Assembly: GCA_029953675.1 (NCBI GenBank)
Contig: JAMWBK010000011.1
Span: 248,001 to 312,000 of the forward strand
Direction: 5' to 3'
Length of the DNA: 64,000 nucleotides
From: Rhodosorus marinus CCMP1338
Taxonomy: Eukaryota; Plantae; Rhodophyta
The position numbers were made by a program, and so were the translations under genes. Under the pieces are notes generated by a model. It did not search any database, was not told the DNA's origin, and saw nothing but the letters and a program-made list of their open reading frames with translations. Of this stretch, positions 22,701 to 34,500 are shown piece after piece (positions within the stretch are counted from its first letter, which is position 1; each line of letters opens with the position of its first letter).

Positions 22701-24334
22701 CCTTCTTCTATCGCCCGCTTGTGAGCTGCTCCGATTGTATTGGCGACGTTCCTCCCTTCTATCCATGAGCATCCACTCTCCCGGAGTAAATGTCCCACTA
22801 AAGCTGTAATTTCGTGGTGCTTGTAAGCATCCGTCTCTTCATACATGAAGTGATGAAAGTCGCTCGGGCTCGTCTCCTGCAGAACAAAAACGACGGCTGC
22901 CCCTTCCCTCTTCGCGTGCGCACACACAGCTTCAGCGTGTAGCAATGCGTTCCTGATCCTCACTCGGGTGCTCGTCTCTTCATCCTTGCAATCCTTCACG
23001 ATCTTGTTTTGAATCCCAATGTAGTGGTCCAGGTCTGCGAGAATCACCTCGTTTCTAGAGGAGTTCTTCCACGCCGTTTCCTCGTTCCCTCCACTGTCAT
23101 TTGACTGAACCAAGTTTGGTAAACATTTCTCCAGCCTCCGGCAGTACCGCTTCGACTTTGCAACAGGAACGCGTTTCTTAAGAGCGTCCTTCAGAGACTG
23201 CAAGCAGCCTCTGGCTGCTAACGGTGACCCGGACTCCGTCGACTGCCCACGAAGCACTTGAATCAAAATCTTCCTGCTCATTCTCAATTCCTCTCTATCC
23301 CTCAGCAAAATGCTCTGCAACCTAGTCAATTTTTTGCCAGCCTTCTGCCGCGTCGCGGCGTTAAGGATCAACTCGTTCAATGTCTTGTCGCCTTTCAGCC
23401 TCCGACGAAGATCGGTTTTCTTTGCCGCGCGATCCAGTATTAATCTATCGACCTCCTGCATTATCACTCGTGAATCCGAGCTTATGCTGTTACGCAGGAT
23501 TTTCCACCTTCTCTGAGACAACTTCTTCGCATTCTCACCGATGGACTTTTCAGCGTCCTTCGACTCCTCGGGAAACAGCAGATGGATTCGTTCGCTGTAG
23601 CCTAGGCACTTCACCTTCTCGTCGTTTGTGACAATAATCTAAAGGACACGAAGTGTCGATGACCTTTAGCACATAACCTATTGAAATATTGCGTATTCAG
23701 CCCTAGAGGGCTGAAAGTGAGGATGGTGACAAACCTGCGGATTTTCTCCAGAACCTAGGGCCACCTCCAGTTTGTCCTCAATTCGAGCTCCTAAGGCTCT
23801 CAAGAAGTCGAGTTTCGGTTGCTCGATCCTCGAATCCCCTGTACACATTTTCACGAAAATGAGCGATCGGGGCACAAGCTTCTTTTCAAGCAATCCGGTG
23901 ACAACGGATACGAATTCCGTAAACCTCATTCTCTTGAAAAGTGGGCAGTCTCCGTCGATAATTGCAGTTTTCACCGTCTCTTTCTGCTTGCTTCGGCTGC
24001 CCTGATCTCTTGAACCACCAGACTCCGTGGAGTCATTGACGCCTGTCTGCCGAGCACCGAAGTCGGGGGTTCTAATCATCAAATAAAAACACGATGGAGC
24101 GAGTCAATCAACCGTGGAATCCTCAGTTAGTCGCCCACGTCCCAACAAACCGTACCTCTTCTTCTCTCCGGGCGCACTCCTCCGCAGCTTCCCATTCCTA
24201 AACTTCCGCAGCCGCTGCCGCTCAATACTTGAAGCTCCCACCCGGACCCCTTCATTGTTCCTATCCAGGCCCAGCTCCCCTTCCTCAAACCGTCCCACCC
24301 TCAGCCTCACCAGAGGATGTCCCACAAACGCCAT
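19660..24334 (-). CDS. Catalytically degenerate Pol I paralogue (pseudo-polymerase), ~1,470 aa, probable plastid presequence, 4 exons
   Basis: Exons 24334-24156, 24071-23735, 23638-19937 and 19857-19660, with an MAFVGHP... start. Pol I fold remnants: KLSWNLKEDCKIL..DLLSAKLLLNP, ERLHPQVN, motif A HTEFEDLEWRIFASYSEEPYLMRAF, motif B QRQVARTFLDL, GTRADVVKQAL, motif C FQ|DRAQLVFE and terminal GVGKTWADAK. The long reading frame is intact. Confidence 0.8.
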
Positions 24335-25623
24335 CTTTCAAGCAAACACCCACACCAACCACCTTCCCCCTTATCGAGCTTTTACGTAACAACCATATCG
24401 TCGGCCTATTCTCAAGACATATAGGAACCTCTCTAATCCTAACTATACTGCCAACCACCCCCGCCCCCCCGCCCCGCCCAGAGAGCCACCCTTCTCATAC
24501 AGCTCCAAGTCGTCCTCTTTAACTCTTCTTAATGAACCGTCCATTCACCGGACCCCACACGGCGTTTTCCATATTGAGAACAGCTACTGGGGAACGAGAG
24601 CAGCCAAGACGTAGTTATCGTCTAGACAGTTTGAAGATGAGGGAAGACAATATAGTGTCAGTCTTTTCCCTTAATAGCGTTGTGAAGCTCACATCGTTCG
24701 GCGCATGGTGAAAGCTGTTCCAGCAATACGGAAAGAGCGTGGGCTGTTTGGTAACGCGGCCCCACGGTAGGTGGGGCCAGGGTGCTGGGGGCTGGGGGAT
24801 GGGAGCCCGCGTCAAGACAATGGTTGACAGGTTACGGAGCTTATCCTCGGATTGAAGTAACTGATACTGCTGGGTTTTACGTAGAAAGAAATCAATGCCC
24901 AATGCGTTCCTTCCTCATCAGAGTACCCATGGAAACCCGGGTCTCTTCGGCCCCGAATCCCCCCACAAGAGATATCAAATTTCCTTGAGCTAACCAATTA
25001 AACCAATTTTCCTTTATTCAAAATTCAATCATTACGGTAAATAGACAGTTTGTCCTACTCATTTTCAACAGAATTTTATTTTCCAGAACTGTTTTCCGCG
25101 CGTTTAGACATGGCCCAGTTCATACTATTGATCGACTTCATACATTTAAAAATTCTTTAGATTGATATTCATATTTATATTCATAAAGTTTCTATATTAT
25201 GCCTTACACAAGATTATTTGGAGAAAATATCCATAATTGTTGTGACAAGAAAGAGCTATTTGACGCATATTTGTTCCACTCTGAGGCGATGGCCACCCGA
25301 ATCCGATCAGAAAAGGATCCTTTTTTAAAGTATCTAGAAATATGAGCATTTATCCCGAGCCCGTCTTGCGATTGAGGCCTGCGAAAGTTCGTTTGTTTGC
25401 ATAGTGCTGAGATAGAATTTTCGAAATTTGTTTTGGCGACACCTTAACTTACAGTGAAATCAGAGATATTTCAACGGTTTTTATTTTCTAATACAACAAT
25501 TTTAGACCAATCATTTACAGTAAACAGTTCCAAGCGTGTTTCATATCCAATGGGCTAGTGACAGATAGCCTTCGAAGGACAACAGTCAGAAGCGACCATC
25601 GGTGAATCCTTCAACAATTGTAG

Positions 25624-26848
25624 TTAGACTTCTGACATCCACTTCATCTTCGCCCAGTTCCAGTACTGAGTCGTCCTGGACCATCGCGAGATGCCTGGCC
25701 CAGCTCGCGGCGGGGCGTATAGTTTCTTATTCTGATCCAAATCCTCGTCCGCATCTGCGCTACTCCAAGCCGGAAACCCGGTTGCCGGCAGTTCACCAGT
25801 GCTCGCAGCGACTGGTTGCACCATGCGGTGATCGTACAGCATTGACTGAACCTTTGTGCGCCTCCTAGCAAGCTGTCTCCCCTTCAGCAGCGTGTTTACG
25901 TCCCTCTCTAGCAAACTCGGAAGCACACCAGGACCGTATCTCCCGACTGCATGACCGTTTTTATCAACAAGGAACTTGGTGAAGTTCCATTCAATGTTTT
26001 CTGAGCTATCGGGATTCTCGGTCTTCAAGAACTCGAACAAGGCATGACTTCTCGTGCCGTTCACGCTGACCTACGTCCGCACAATAGTGCCTTTCTCTTA
26101 GGCAACCGTTATTGGTATATGTTTCAGGGCTACTGTACCTTGTCAAATATTGGGAACTCGGCTGCGTACTGGTTCTTGGCAAAGTTTTTGATCTCCTCGC
26201 GCGTACCCGGCTCCTGGTGTCCGAATTGGTCGCACGGAAAAGCTGTACAGGAAGCAACAAAATAAGATCAGCGGTTCTGTCCCTTATGCTGAAGCACAAC
26301 ATATGCGTTTCTGCGGAGAAACATAAACGCTTACCGAGGACTTCAAATCCTTTCGCAGAATATTTGTCGTAGAGAGTCGCAAGCTCTTCATACTGCGGCG
26401 TGAGGCTGCTGTTCGACGCAACATTGACAACCATTAAGACTTTGCCTATCGAGTCGAAAACAAGATGGTGTCAGATCGCCGTGGGCTACTTCCTGAATAC
26501 TGAGGCATCTATCAACCTACCTCGGTATACGCTCATGTCGATCATCTTTCCATCCATGGTAGCGCTGAGGTTGTACATCGTGTTGCAAAAGAAATCCTGC
26601 AGCATACCAGAGAACAACCATCCCCCGATGACTGCGGGAACCCCGACCTGCAATAACTCCCTCCGAGTCGTATCCAGGTCTTCTTCAGTCTGCTCTTCCT
26701 TCGGACTGGCCTTCTCTGGGACAACGGGAGTAAACTCCTTCTCAGGAAAACCTCCCGGGTTTCTCGGGTTGATCGCGACCATGCATATCGCTGTCTTCGC
26801 GCCCGCAGATCGCCTCAAAGGCCGAAATGCTCCCGCCGTAAACGCCAT
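25624..26848 (-). CDS. Glutathione peroxidase-like paralogue 1 (peroxidatic Cys replaced by Ser), multi-exon
   Basis: MAFTAGAF presequence, [49 protein letters not shown], and a C-terminal extension. Confidence 0.85.
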
Positions 26849-28098
26849 CCCACTCTCCACGCACATCTTATCTTTGCCCATCCCTGACCACACAAAACAG
26901 GCACAAGTCAGCTGAATCTCATCAAAGCTATTCACGGCTTGCTCCGATAGAAGCAAGTACTCACCTCCAAGATACTACTCAAACGCCGTGGACTGGGGGA
27001 AAAAAAATCAACACCTTCCTTCTTCCTTCTTACTGCCAATTCACTACGTTCATCTAGAGAGCATCCACTCGCACCCCACCCGATCCTTTCTTCATCACTC
27101 CAGATCTACCATTATATGGCATTCCTTCAAACCCTTGCGAAGGATATCATCTCCACACATCCTAACTCTCTATTTCAAAAAAATCAATCATTCTCAAATT
27201 GCAGGACAGCTTGGGCACTAAAGTTTCTCGGTAATTCAAGTAGAAACATGAATTTCGGCGCACAAAGGAATGACGGATATTATCTCTCAATCCCAGTCTT
27301 TTTTAAATATCAATCAAGTTTGTGTGTAGGACAGTCTGTTCCTCGTTATTTCAACGAAAATTCTAATTTCGGGTATACTTGCCGGTAAGGACGGATCCCA
27401 GTCTGACATTAAATGCGATTCAATATTTTGAATCCTTCGTCGTGACTACGATAAGCATCCTATGACTTTGATTAATATAGTTTAAAAGATTTAGGAGATA
27501 TTCATCTTTAATAAAAGATTAATGATCAATATTATGCTACTATATCGTTTTAATTTGAAAAACGGGGATTAGAATCTAGTTTGTCTTAGTTATACGTCCA
27601 TTTGGCTTTATTTTATTCTCCGCGATCTTGGTTTTAATCGAATCCGAAGCGTTTTTAAAATGTGTAAAACATAAATGTTTTTAAATCGATTGGAGAAAAT
27701 AAAATCGGAAGCACAGAAGATGCAACAAAAAGATACGCAAAATCCTCTTGGTCAATCAGGAAGTTTTGGTCCTCTGGAGTATCGTGGCGGGAGAGGCCCG
27801 GCTTACAGTGATTCAAACTCCATTTCGTCGTTTTTTATTCTAAAATACAAATAAAACTTTACCAATTGTTTTTACGTGACGAATCCGAGGATGCTGATAT
27901 CCAATTTAAAAATGACAGATGTCCTTATGTTTAGAATATTACCGAATCATATTTGTTGTAGAGAAGTGATCGAATGGATCATACGCAGCGGTTTAGAGCG
28001 CGGATCGGTCTTCGGTGAGGACTGTGATCCAAGTCAGGGTACAGAGTATTAAGTGAAGTCTCCCATAAACCTTTTGCGGAGAATTATTTAGCTATTTA

Positions 28099-29376
28099 CT
28101 ATGGGTTATCGAAGTTTGAGAGCACCTTCTGCATTCCATCGTTGATTTGTTTCGAGGTTGTTTCCAAGTCGATGCTTGGGACGGTCGGTTTGGGAAGTTC
28201 GTCGAGCACGTCCTTGGCTTTCTTCTGGATCGCCTCTACGTCCAGTCCGTCTGGAAGAGACGGTAGGCCAGGCAGCGATATGTTTGAAGGCAGTTTCGGT
28301 ACTGAAGGCGTTGGTGGGTCTTCCAAGAAGCTCTTAAACCTGGCTAAAACTTCCTCCGGCGTTCTGGGGTTCGCCCCGCCATCTCGGGGCGGTAGGGCCT
28401 CCTCCGCAAGCAACAAGGATATCTCTTTGTCCAGCATGCTAGGAAGTATTCCAGGCTCGAATCTCGCAACGGCGTGGCCGTTTCTGTCTACGAGGAACTT
28501 TGTAAAGTTCCATTCCACCGGTTTCTTGCTGTCCGGATTGGTAGCCTTCAGAAACTTGTACACTGACGGCACGTCCGGTGGATTTACGTTGACCTGGCAC
28601 ACACATGTTCGAACTTGTTAGGATCGATCATCGCCGGCTAGGAAAGAAAGTCCCCGCATTGAGCGTACCTTGTCAAAGATCTGGAATTCGACTCCGTATC
28701 GGTTCCTTGCAAGCTTCCGAATGTCCTTGTTCCTTCCAGGTTCCTGCCCTCCAAACTGGTTGCACGGAAACGCTGCAGTAGACGCAAGCGAAGCAAAAAG
28801 ATTCTCTCCTCATCAGCTTTCGGTTGTGGTACAGACACCTTTTGGCGTGTCACACTAGCCATTTGACTACTTACCAATGATATCAAAGCCCTGTGCGTTG
28901 AACTTGTCATAAAGGGCTACGAGCTCCTGATACTGTGGCGTCAGTGCACTGTTCGTCGCAACATTGACGACAAGTACAACCTTGCCTTTCGAGTTGAAAC
29001 CGTGGAGCTGTCAGGTACCAGCGTGGCAGCGTTCAAAAATTCATTGACAAGATCAAAAACTCACCTCTGTACTCTTCCAGAGCAATCTTCTCCCCACCCA
29101 ACACGGCGCTCAGATCATACAGGGAATCGGGCGAGGACTTCTCTACTCGGCCAGTGATCCACCATCCCGCGATAGCACTAGGAATTGCAACCTTCAGAAA
29201 ACCCCTTCTGCCCGAGCTCGGCGCTGCGGAATCGGGTGCTTTAGCGGGCTCCTTCGGAGTCGACGGGTCCGGTTTTTTGGAGACGGGCCAGGACCTTTAT
29301 CAGACGCTTCACATTTCAATGACTTGAGACCCCGAGATCGCCTCAAATTCGGATATCCTACAATCGTAAAAGCCAT
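28099..29376 (-). CDS. Glutathione peroxidase-like paralogue 2 (peroxidatic Cys replaced by Ser), with an apparent 1-nt frameshift in exon 1
   Basis: [58 protein letters not shown], Pro/Ser-rich tail. The frame break falls at the A6 run (T6 on +, 29273-29278). Confidence 0.8.
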
Positions 29377-30008
29377 GGTACCGTCAACGCATTTTACATC
29401 CATGACTGCCCACCCCTACCCATCCTCCCCTTAACCCAATACTCGTCATCCGACCGCAACCCCTCCCAAAGCATACTAACAATCTCCCTCCATTTGCTAA
29501 ATCACCCACATCACCCAATCAATTTCTTAATCGCACTAATTACTCTTATCAGAACCTTCATAAGCGCACTAATCCTTTCTATCATCCAATTAACATTCTT
29601 AAACTATGCAATCAAATCTAATATAAATGATTTCAAAATACATAAGCCAATTGACAGAGTTTATGAGCAGCATTTAATCCAATCATATCCTCTAGCATCG
29701 ACTATTCATCAATGATATCTCTTCCAGAGTGGAAGCAATCACTATTTTTGAAAAAGATTGACTATTTGTTTATCGGGAATTATTGAAGCCCGTTGTTGAC
29801 TGATGCGATGGGGGGGTTACTTCTGGGCTTTGGGCAAAGAGCTGGCTGTGTTGCAGAGTGGAGTTGTTCTACTGTTTTGCTATGCTCTCGTCGCGTATTT
29901 ATTTCTAGAGCTTTGTTCTGAATCCGAAGAAAACTTACCCCCCAAGTCCAATAAGTTAAGTGTCGATGCAAACACGCGCAGGGGTTGAGTTGATGGCTCA
30001 GGCTGGGA

Positions 30009-30929
30009 TCAAAGCGCATTGACCTGGGGTTTGGGAATGAGGCGAGGAGGTAGTGGCTTCTCGTCAAGCAGCGCCGCTACATCCTTCTCAAGCATGCTGG
30101 GAAGTATGCCAGGTTTATATCTTCGCACTGGTTTGCCATCCTTGTCCACGAGAAACTTGGCAAAGTTCCACTCAATCCGTTTGTCGCTGTCCGGGTTGGT
30201 TGATTTGAGAAAACTGTACACATCATCAACGTTTGGAGGGTTCACGTTGACCTGATTCGTGGCAAAATAGCGGGAGAACTCAGTCCAGAACTCCAATGTA
30301 CCAGTTGATGCATCTCACAATACCTTGTCAAATATTGAGAACTTGGCGCCGTACTGGTCCCTCGCAAATTTACATATATCATCGTAATCTCCAGGCTCCT
30401 GATTTCCGAACTGATTACATGGATATGCTGTGCAGCGGGCGGGGGAAAACAGTCTCCTGAGCTTTTGCCTCTCTACAGGTGGCATGGCCTGGCTTTGCCG
30501 GCCACTTACCTAGAATTTCGAGTCCACGGGAAGCGTGCTTGTCGTACAGAGCAGTGAGCTCCTCATATTGCGGCGTCAGAACACAATAAGTCGCAACGTT
30601 GACAACCAGAGCAACCTTCCCTGTCATTTGGACGGATGGCCACATGAGTAAACAAAGTGAACAACTCCAGTATAACGCAAGGCACTCAAAACAAGCCCAC
30701 CTCGGTATTTGCTCAAGTCAATCTTCTCTCCACCCATGGTAGAAGTCAGATCATACAACGACGTCGACGGGGCGTCCTCCGCGAGTCCAAAGGCCGGCCA
30801 TCCAGCAACCACCGCGGGAACCGCAACCTTCAGGAACTCCCTCCGAGATGACTCGCGTACGGTACATTTCAGCGTCTTCAAGGAACCAGATCGTCTCACA
30901 GGCCGAAGCCCTCCAGTCGTGAACGCCAT
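30009..30929 (-). CDS. Glutathione peroxidase paralogue 3 (Cys-type)
   Basis: MAFTTGGL, SRREFLK, VVNVATYCVLTPQY, YPCNQFGNQEP, IEWNFAKFLVDKDG. Confidence 0.9.
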
Positions 30930-31543
30930 AGCTCAATCAACCTGTCCATCATCTACACCCATCTCAGCAATCCCATCCACGAGCTCCTATCCATAAAATG
31001 GTATCAAACTAGCGCACACCATTGAGAACCCTATTCATCCAATCCCAATATAAGAAAAACTCTTAGTCACTTAAATATCCAATCCCATACGTGAATACAT
31101 AATTTATGTATATTTTAGTATCCTTAAACCAATTAAGAGTACTACCTGCTCTATTCTATCCAATGAAGGTTATTGAAAGGGACAATATTTGCCAATGGTT
31201 CACCTCTGGGCGACCTTCGGTGCTGGATACGATCAATCATTACACGAATAAAGATTGAAATCTATCATTTTGTTTTTGAAAAACCGTATGCTCTTGATTG
31301 AGTTTCATATGTCCACAGAATCGACGGGCTGATTCGTGGTGGCAAGCGAACGTGCCGAGCGGGTAGGGTAATGAGAAAAACATCATTCGTACGTTCCAGA
31401 ATAATAGTCAGCAGTCTCAATAGCAGAGCCAACTTGTGGCTCGGACCAACGATCATCACGCTTCAGTAGCGGAGGCCACAGCCTGGACTGGTAATCCTGG
31501 AAGTACACGATAGAGCGTTCCGACGGCCAGAGTTCGTAATCTA

Positions 31544-34500
31544 CTAGACCCAGAGCTTGTTCGGAAATTTACATTGCCTGGAATGAAAATGCTTATCACT
31601 CTTCCTGGTGGCTTTTCTGGTGTTGGACGGTGATGATTTGCGCCCTCGACATAGTGCAATGGGGGAAGTTCTCGCTATGACACCCAAACCGGACATCAGT
31701 GTTACCGTCCGATCCTTGGTGAGGGCCTTGGTAAATATATCTGCGATCATCTCATTCGTGTTGAGATATTTAAGTCGTACTTCACCAGATGCACATCTCT
31801 CCCGTGCATATTGAAGTTTAACCGATACGTGTCTGGACATCCGGCTGTCCGTGGTTTTCGCCCAGCGCAAACGCGAGTTGTTGTCGGTGTATGCCACCAT
31901 TGGCACGCCCGTCACTCTACCGGCTTCCTCCGAAAACTCCTGAACCCATCTTTGGGTAGTCAGCATGTCCCCCAGCGCTCGATATTCCGCCTCGGCGGTA
32001 GACTGGGCAACCGACCTCTGTCTCCAGGATCGATAGGCCATTGGCGATCCGTTAAACATCACCAGCGATCCTGAAGTACTTTTCTTGGTTTCTTCGTTGT
32101 CGATCGCCCAACTTGCATCCGAATAACCAGTGACTCGATACGTGATCCCTTCTTTGTCAGATTCCGCCGAAAAATCTTGTAAATGTCGATCCGATCTCGA
32201 AAAACCTCCTAATCGCAAAGAAGTTTGCTTGGTTCCTGCCAGATATCTCAATATCCGCCGCGCTTTTTCGAAATCTCCGAGTCGATAATTTGCCCTTTTC
32301 CTCGCGATCTGCCCTACTGCGAAGCATATATCAGGTCGCGTCCTGGTGCTCAGATAGAGGAGGGATCCGCTTAGCTCCTGAAAGGGGGAAGAGGTCATTT
32401 CCATTGATTTTTCCCGAAGACTGGGTTCAATGGACATGGGAGTGGGTAGGGGGGGGCCACCCCTTCAAACCGTAAGTCGTCACTAACTTCCGAATGTAAT
32501 CCTCCTGCGACAAGTGAATCTCATGTCCTTCTCTGTCTCGCGTGATTCTGACTCCCAGAAAAATCCCTAGCTGCTCCAAGGTGTTTTTATGTCGTAGAGC
32601 CTCGACAACGTGTCTTCGCCTCAACAACTGAAGACCGCCCGCCGATGATCAACATGTCATCGACACAGACTGCGATAAGGCAGTCTCCTCTGCGGTACAC
32701 GCAGCTTTCGGTACGCAGGGCTGTGAACCTTTCCTTCTCAAGGTCTTGGCGGAGTTTGTTGCGCCACTCACGCCCTGCCTGTTTTAATCCATACAGGCTT
32801 TTCTTGAGCCGGCAGAAGTAGTCGGCCTTGCCAGGCTCCTCCAGCCCTTTCGGTTGCTGCATGTAGAGCTCGTCCTGCAGATCGGCATTCAGGTACGCCG
32901 TCTTCACGTCAGCTCGCTCTAGTTCCAGGTCCTCCCTTGCAGCTATTGTTAGCAGCATGCGGACCCTGGAGAAGTCTACCGTGGGAGCGAAGACTTCTTC
33001 GTAGTCCACGCCTGGGCGTTGTGCAAATCCTCGAGCAACGAGTCGTGCCTTGAAGCGTTGAACTGACCCGTCGCTTTTCTTTTTGGCTTTCAGAATGAGT
33101 CGCGAGCCCAGGGTCTTCGCAGATCGTGGTACTCGATCCCTGTGAACCAGGTCCCACATCTGGTTCGACCGCAGGGATCCGATCTCTTCTGCCGCTTCCC
33201 GCTTCCAGTCTTCGGCGTACTCGCTCTCGACTGCCTCACTCCAGGACTCCGGGTCCGCTACGTCATACAGCGAATCTCCCTTTCGCATAAGATTCATGGA
33301 TATCTCCTTTTTTCACATCAATGCGCTGACTTCTCGTCCTCCTCAGATCCATGTCTTTCGCAGGGAAGACATCCTCCGACACTCCCCAGTGTCGAGAATG
33401 TTGGAAGAGGTCGTTCGCCTCCGGGCCGTAGATCCTGGCGACGTGGGAATCTCTGACGTCAATGAGGATCCCAGTGCCTCTTCTGGTCTGCAACTTGCCC
33501 ATCCTTCCGGGTCCCGTCAGTTCGTAAGTTACCTGACTGCCGAATGGGTACAAGTTGCCGTAGTTTGGTACACAGCTAACCCGTTCCTCCGGGCTCTTTC
33601 CACCTAGGAACTTCCGCGGCGTGTTGTTGATGCCTTTGACGACCGCGGGCAATGCTTCAGGCCAGAAGTCATCTGGTAGTCCGCTGTCGAACATTGTGGC
33701 GCGCAGTCTTTCGGTGACCGTCCTCACCATCCGCTCCGCCATCCCATTGCCGGAGGGAGTATATGGCGCACATGGGTCCCATATCATGCCTAGCTCTATG
33801 AACAAAGGCTTCATGCCCTAGTACTCCAGGGCGTTGTCGCTCTTTAACCTCTTCACCTCCGCCTTATGCAGCGTGCGTACTGCATACGTGTTCGCGGACT
33901 AATGATGGCGGATCGCTGCGGAAGTAGGAGAGGTTCGGCGAGTGTCTGCATAGTGGCATTACTGGGCCACTGCCGGATGGGAGAGGAGGCGTCAAGTACA
34001 TTGGTTTATTTGTGGATGAGGCTACCGGATGGCTTGGGGCATACGCTCTGGAACACAAGATTTTTATTGACGAGGCCTTCCGCGAACACGTTATGCTGCG
34101 TCCGTAGGACTTTGCACCTGCGCCTGTGCAGGTGCAAAGACCGGCACCCAGTTATCCGCCGGGTACATCCCCGTCGGCACCATACCCTGCACCGGAACCG
34201 CCGCCACCCGCATTTTCTGCATGGGCATTTCTGCATACCCATATCCCCATACACCCCGAACTCTTGCTGAACGTATTTGTACGGAGCAGCAGCAGCAAAC
34301 CCGGGATTCGCAGCGACCATAGAACACATCCTATGATTGACGAGGCCTTCCGCGAACACGTTATGCTGTGTTCGTAGGAGCATAACGTGTTCGCGGAAGG
34401 CCTACGAACGCAGCATAACGTGTTCGCGGAAGGCCTACGAACGCAGCATAACGTGTTCGCGGAAGGCCTCGTCAATAAAAATCTTGTGTTCCAGAGCGTA

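Noticed and set aside
19660-24334. Ordinary POP-type organellar replicase
   Set aside because: It carries 5'-nuclease remnants, which POPs lack, and is missing the catalytic aspartates.
34379-34470. CRISPR-like array of 33-bp repeats
   Set aside because: The repeats are head-to-tail with no unique spacers, derive from integrase coding sequence, and sit in a eukaryotic retrotransposon with no cas genes.
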